Assembly (NCBI GenBank): GCA_950097015.1
Contig: CATNEN010000003.1
Span: 12,524,001 to 12,588,000, forward strand
DNA length: 64,000 bases
From: Macrostomum hystrix
Lineage: Eukaryota > Animalia > Platyhelminthes
Reading direction: 5' to 3'
The position numbers were made by a program, and so were the translations under genes. Position 1 is the stretch's first letter. Every line of letters begins with the position of its first letter. Positions 59,455 to 64,000 of the stretch are shown in pieces. The notes under the pieces are model-generated. The model worked only from the letters and a program-made list of their open reading frames with translations, was not told where the DNA came from and did not search any database.

Positions 59455-62400
59455 CTTAAGAATGAGAGGTTAGAAATAATGGCCTGCAAGTCAACGATAA
59501 GAGGTGGTTACACGGTTTGAGATTACGGCCTGCTGAAGGATGGAAGATTAGAGATTATGGTCTGCTTAAGGATGGTAGGTTAGACATTATGGCCTGCTGA
59601 ATGATTGTAGGTTAGACATTATGGCCTGCTGAATGATGGTAGGTTAGAGATTATGGCCTGCTGAATGATGGTAGGTTAGACATTATGGCCTGCTGAATGA
59701 TGGTAGGTTAGACATTATGGCCTGCTGAATGATGGTAGGTTAGACATTATGGCCTGCTGAATGATGGTAGGTTAGACATTATGGCCTGCTGAATGATGGT
59801 AGGTTAGACATTATGGCCTGCTGAATGATGGTAGGTTAGAGATTATGGCCTGCTGAATGATGGTAGGTTAGAGATTATGGCCTGCTGAATGATGGTAGGT
59901 TAGAGATTATGGCCTGCTGGATGATGGTAGGTTAGAGATTATGGCCTGCTGAATGATGGTAGGTTAGAGATTATGGCCTGCTGAATGATGGTAGGTTAGA
60001 GATTATGGCCTGCTGAATGATGGTAGGTTAGAGATTATGGCCTGCTGAATGATGGTAGGTTAGAGATTATGGCCTGCTGGATGATGGTAGGTTAGACATT
60101 ATGGCCTGCTGAATGATGGTAGGTTAGACATTATGGCCTGCTGGATGATGGTAGGTTAGAGATTATGGCCTGCTGGATGATGGTAGGTTAGACATTATGG
60201 CCTGCTGAATGATGGTAGGTTAGAGATTATGGCCTGCTGAATGATGGTAGGTTAGAGATTATGGCCTGCTGAATGATGGTAGGTTAGACATTATGGCCTG
60301 CTGAATGATGGTAGGTTAGAGATTATGGCCTGCTGGATGATGGTAGGTTAGACATTATGGCCTGCTGAATGATGGTAGGTAAGAGATTATGGCCTGCTGA
60401 ATGATGGTAGGTAAGAGATTATGGCCTGCTGAATGATGGTAGGTAAGACATTATGGCCTGCTGAATGATGGTAGGTTAGACATTATGGCCTGCTGGATGA
60501 TGGTAGGTTAGACATTATGGCCTGCTGGATGATGGTAGGTTAGACATTATGGCCTGCTGAATGATGGTAGGTAAGAGATTATGGCCTGCTGAATGATGGT
60601 AGGTAAGAGATTATGGCCTGCTGAATGATGGTAGGTTAGAGATTATGGCCTGCTGAATGATGGTAGGTTAGAGATTATGGCCTGCTGAATGATGGTAGGT
60701 AAGACATTATGGCCTGCTGAATGATGGTAGGTTAGACATTATGGCCTGCTGAATGATGGTAGGTTAGACATTATGGCCTGCTGAATGATGGTAGGTTAGA
60801 CATTATGGCCTGCTGAATGATGGTAGGTTAGAGATTATGGCCTGCTGAATGATGGTAGGTTAGAGATTATGGCCTGCTGAATGATGGTAGGTTAGAGATT
60901 ATGGCCTGCTGAATGATGGTAGGTTAGACATTATGGCCTGCTGAATGATGGTAGGTTAGAGATTATGGCCTGCTGGATGATGGTAGGTTAGAGATTATGG
61001 CCTGCTGAATGATGGTAGGTTAGAGATTATGGCCTGCTGAATGATGGTAGGTTAGAGATTATGGCCTGCTGAATGATGGTAGGTTAGACATTATGGCCTG
61101 CTGAATGATGGTAGGTTAGAGATTATGGCCTGCTGGATGATGGTAGGTTAGAGATTATGGCCTGCTGAATGATGGTAGGTTAGACATTATGGCCTGCTGA
61201 ATGATGGTAGGTTAGACATTATGGCCTGCTGAATGATGGTAGGTTAGAGATTATGGCCTGCTGGATGATGGTAGGTTAGAGATTATGGCCTGCTGGATGA
61301 TGGTAGGTTAGACATTATGGCCTGCTGAATGATGGTAGGTTAGAGATTATGGCCTGCTGAATGATGGTAGGTTAGAGATTATGGCCTGCTGAATGATGGT
61401 AGGTTAGACATTATGGCCTGCTGAATGATGGTAGGTTAGAGATTATGGCCTGCTGGATGATGGTAGGTTAGACATTATGGCCTGCTGAATGATGGTAGGT
61501 AAGAGATTATGGCCTGCTGAATGATGGTAGGTAAGAGATTATGGCCTGCTGAATGATGGTAGGTAAGACATTATGGCCTGCTGAATGATGGTAGGTTAGA
61601 CATTATGGCCTGCTGGATGATGGTAGGTTAGACATTATGGCCTGCTGGATGATGGTAGGTTAGACATTATGGCCTGCTGAATGATGGTAGGTAAGAGATT
61701 ATGGCCTGCTGAATGATGGTAGGTAAGAGATTATGGCCTGCTGAATGATGGTAGGTTAGAGATTATGGCCTGCTGAATGATGGTAGGTTAGAGATTATGG
61801 CCTGCTGAATGATGGTAGGTAAGACATTATGGCCTGCTGAATGATGGTAGGTTAGACATTATGGCCTGCTGAATGATGGTAGGTAAGAGATTATGGCCTG
61901 CTGAATGATGGTAGGTAAGACATTATGGCCTGCTGAATGATGGTAGGTAAGAGATTATGGCCTGCTGAATGATGGTAGGTTAGACATTATGGCCTGCAGA
62001 ATGATGGTAGGTTAGAGATTATGGCCTGCTGAATGATGGTAGGTTAGACATTATGGCCTGCTGAATGATGGTAGGTTAGACATTATGGCCTGCTGAATGA
62101 TGGTAGGTTAGAGATTATGGCCTGCTGAATGATGGTAGGTTAGACATTATGGCCTGCTGAATGATGGTAGGTTAGAGATTATGGCCTGCTGAATGATGGT
62201 AGGTTAGACATTATGGCCTGCTGAATGATGGTAGGTTAGACATTATGGCCTGCTGAATGATGGTAGGTTAGAGATTATTGCCTGCTGGATGATGGTAGGT
62301 TAGACATTATGGCCTGCTGAATGATGGTAGGTTAGACATTATGGCCTGCTGAATGATGGTAGGTTAGACATTATGGCCTGCTGAATGATGGTAGGTTAGA

Positions 62401-64000
62401 CATTATGGCCTGCTGAATGATGGTAGGTTAGACATTATGGCCTGCTGAATGATGGTAGGTTAGACATTATGGCCTGCTGAATGATGGTAGGTTAGACATT
62501 ATGGCCTGCTGAATGATGGTAGGTTAGAGATTATGGCCTGCTGAATGATGGTAGGTTAGACATTATGGCCTGCTGAATGATGGTAGGTTAGAGATTATTG
62601 CCTGCTGGATGATGGTAGGTTAGACATTATGGCCTGCTGGATGATGGTAGGTTAGAGATTATGGCCTGCTGAATGATAGGTAGGTTAGACATTATGGCCT
62701 GCTGAATGATAGGTAGGTTAGACATTATGGCCTGCTGAATGATGGTAGGTTAGAGATTATTGCCTGCTGGATGATGGTAGGTTAGACATTATGGCCTGCT
62801 GGATGATGGTAGGTTAGAGATTATGGCCTGCTGAATGATGGTAGGTTAGACATTATGGCCTGCTGAATGATGGTAGGTTAGACATTATGGCCTGCTGAAT
62901 GATGGTAGGTTAGACATTATGGCCTGCTGAATGATGGTAGGTTAGACATTATGGCCTGCTGAATGATGGTAGGTTAGACATTATGGCCTGCTGAATGATG
63001 GTAGGTTAGACATTATGGCCTGCTGGATGATGGTAGGTTAGAGATTATGGCCTGCTGAATGATGGTAGGTTAGACATTATGGCCTGCTGAATGATGGTAG
63101 GTTAGACATTATGGCCTGCTGAATGATGGTAGGTTAGACATTATGGCCTGCTGAATGATGGTAGGTTAGACATTATGGCCTGCTGAATGATGGTAGGTTA
63201 GACATTATGGCCTGCTGAATGATGGTAGGTTAGACATTATGGCCTGCTGAATGATGGTAGGTTAGAGATTATGGCCTGCTGAATGATGGTAGGTTAGAGA
63301 TTATGGCCTGCTGAATGATGGTAGGTTAGACATTATGGCCTGCTGAATGATGGTAGGTTAGAGATTATGGCCTGCTGAATGATGGTAGGTTAGACATTAT
63401 GGCCTGCTGAATGATGGTAGGTTAGAGATTATGGCCTGCATGAATGATGGTAGGTTAGACATTATGGCCTGCTGAATGATGGTAGGTTAGAGATTATGGC
63501 CTGCTGAATGATGGTAGGTTAGAGATTATGGCCTGCTGAATGATGGTAGGTTAGAGATTATGGCCTGCTGAATGATGGTAGGTTAGACATTATGGCCTGC
63601 TGAATGATGGTAGGTTAGACATTATGGCCTGCTGAATGATGGTAGGTTAGACATTATGGCCTGCTGAATGATGGTAGGTTAGAGATTATGGCCTGCTGAA
63701 TGATGGTAGGTTAGACATTATGGCCTGCTGAATGATGGTAGGTTAGAGATTATGGCCTGCTGAATGATGGTAGGTTAGAGATTATGGCCTGCTGGATGAT
63801 GGTAGGTTAGACATTATGGCCTGCTGAATGATGGTAGGTTAGAGATTATGGCCTGCTGAATGATGGTAGGTTAGAGATTATGGCCTGCTGAATGATGGTA
63901 GGTTAGAGATTATGGCCTGCTGGATGATGGTAGGTTAGAGATTATGGCCTGCTGAATGATGGTAGGTTAGACATTATGGCCTGCTGAATGATGGTAGGTT
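59455..64000. repeat. 32-bp satellite (TTATGGCCTGCTGAATGATGGTAGGTTAGA[C/G]A), about 140 units, probably intronic
   Basis: Exact 32-nt register to the window end; stop codons in the unit. Confidence 0.97.

Overview
Eukaryotic (metazoan) genomic DNA with spliceosomal GT-AG introns; not prokaryotic. The AT-rich spacers, poly-Q/poly-A rich proteins, a different minisatellite in nearly every intron and spacer, and acceptor-like sites just 5' of start codons resemble a free-living flatworm such as Macrostomum (inference only). Contents: (1) a run of six minus-strand genes at 1-16.3 kb: MYORG-like GH31 glycosidase (runs off the window), MRPL51, two small single-TM ORFs, MPV17 (4 exons) and a Bcl-2/Mcl-1-like gene (2 exons), resembling a trans-spliced operon enriched in mitochondrial products; (2) a 7-exon kinesin-2 KIF3B-like gene (+); (3) an intronless LRR type-I membrane protein (-); (4) a PAN/apple-like exon and two intronless tandem CAP59/GT69-like glycosyltransferases with near-identical catalytic domains but unrelated N-termini; (5) a large Pro-rich U1/matrin zinc-finger exon whose next intron is a >4.4 kb 32-bp satellite. 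Mobile DNA read from the sequence: a minimal Penelope-type hammerhead ribozyme, two deleted Merlin elements with TIRs/TSDs, a hAT MITE carrying a 16-bp minisatellite, a Helitron-like element, a Harbinger transposase relic and two tRNA-derived SINE families. Most long ORFs in the supplied track are tandem-repeat artefacts. All family calls are from remembered motifs, not database searches.
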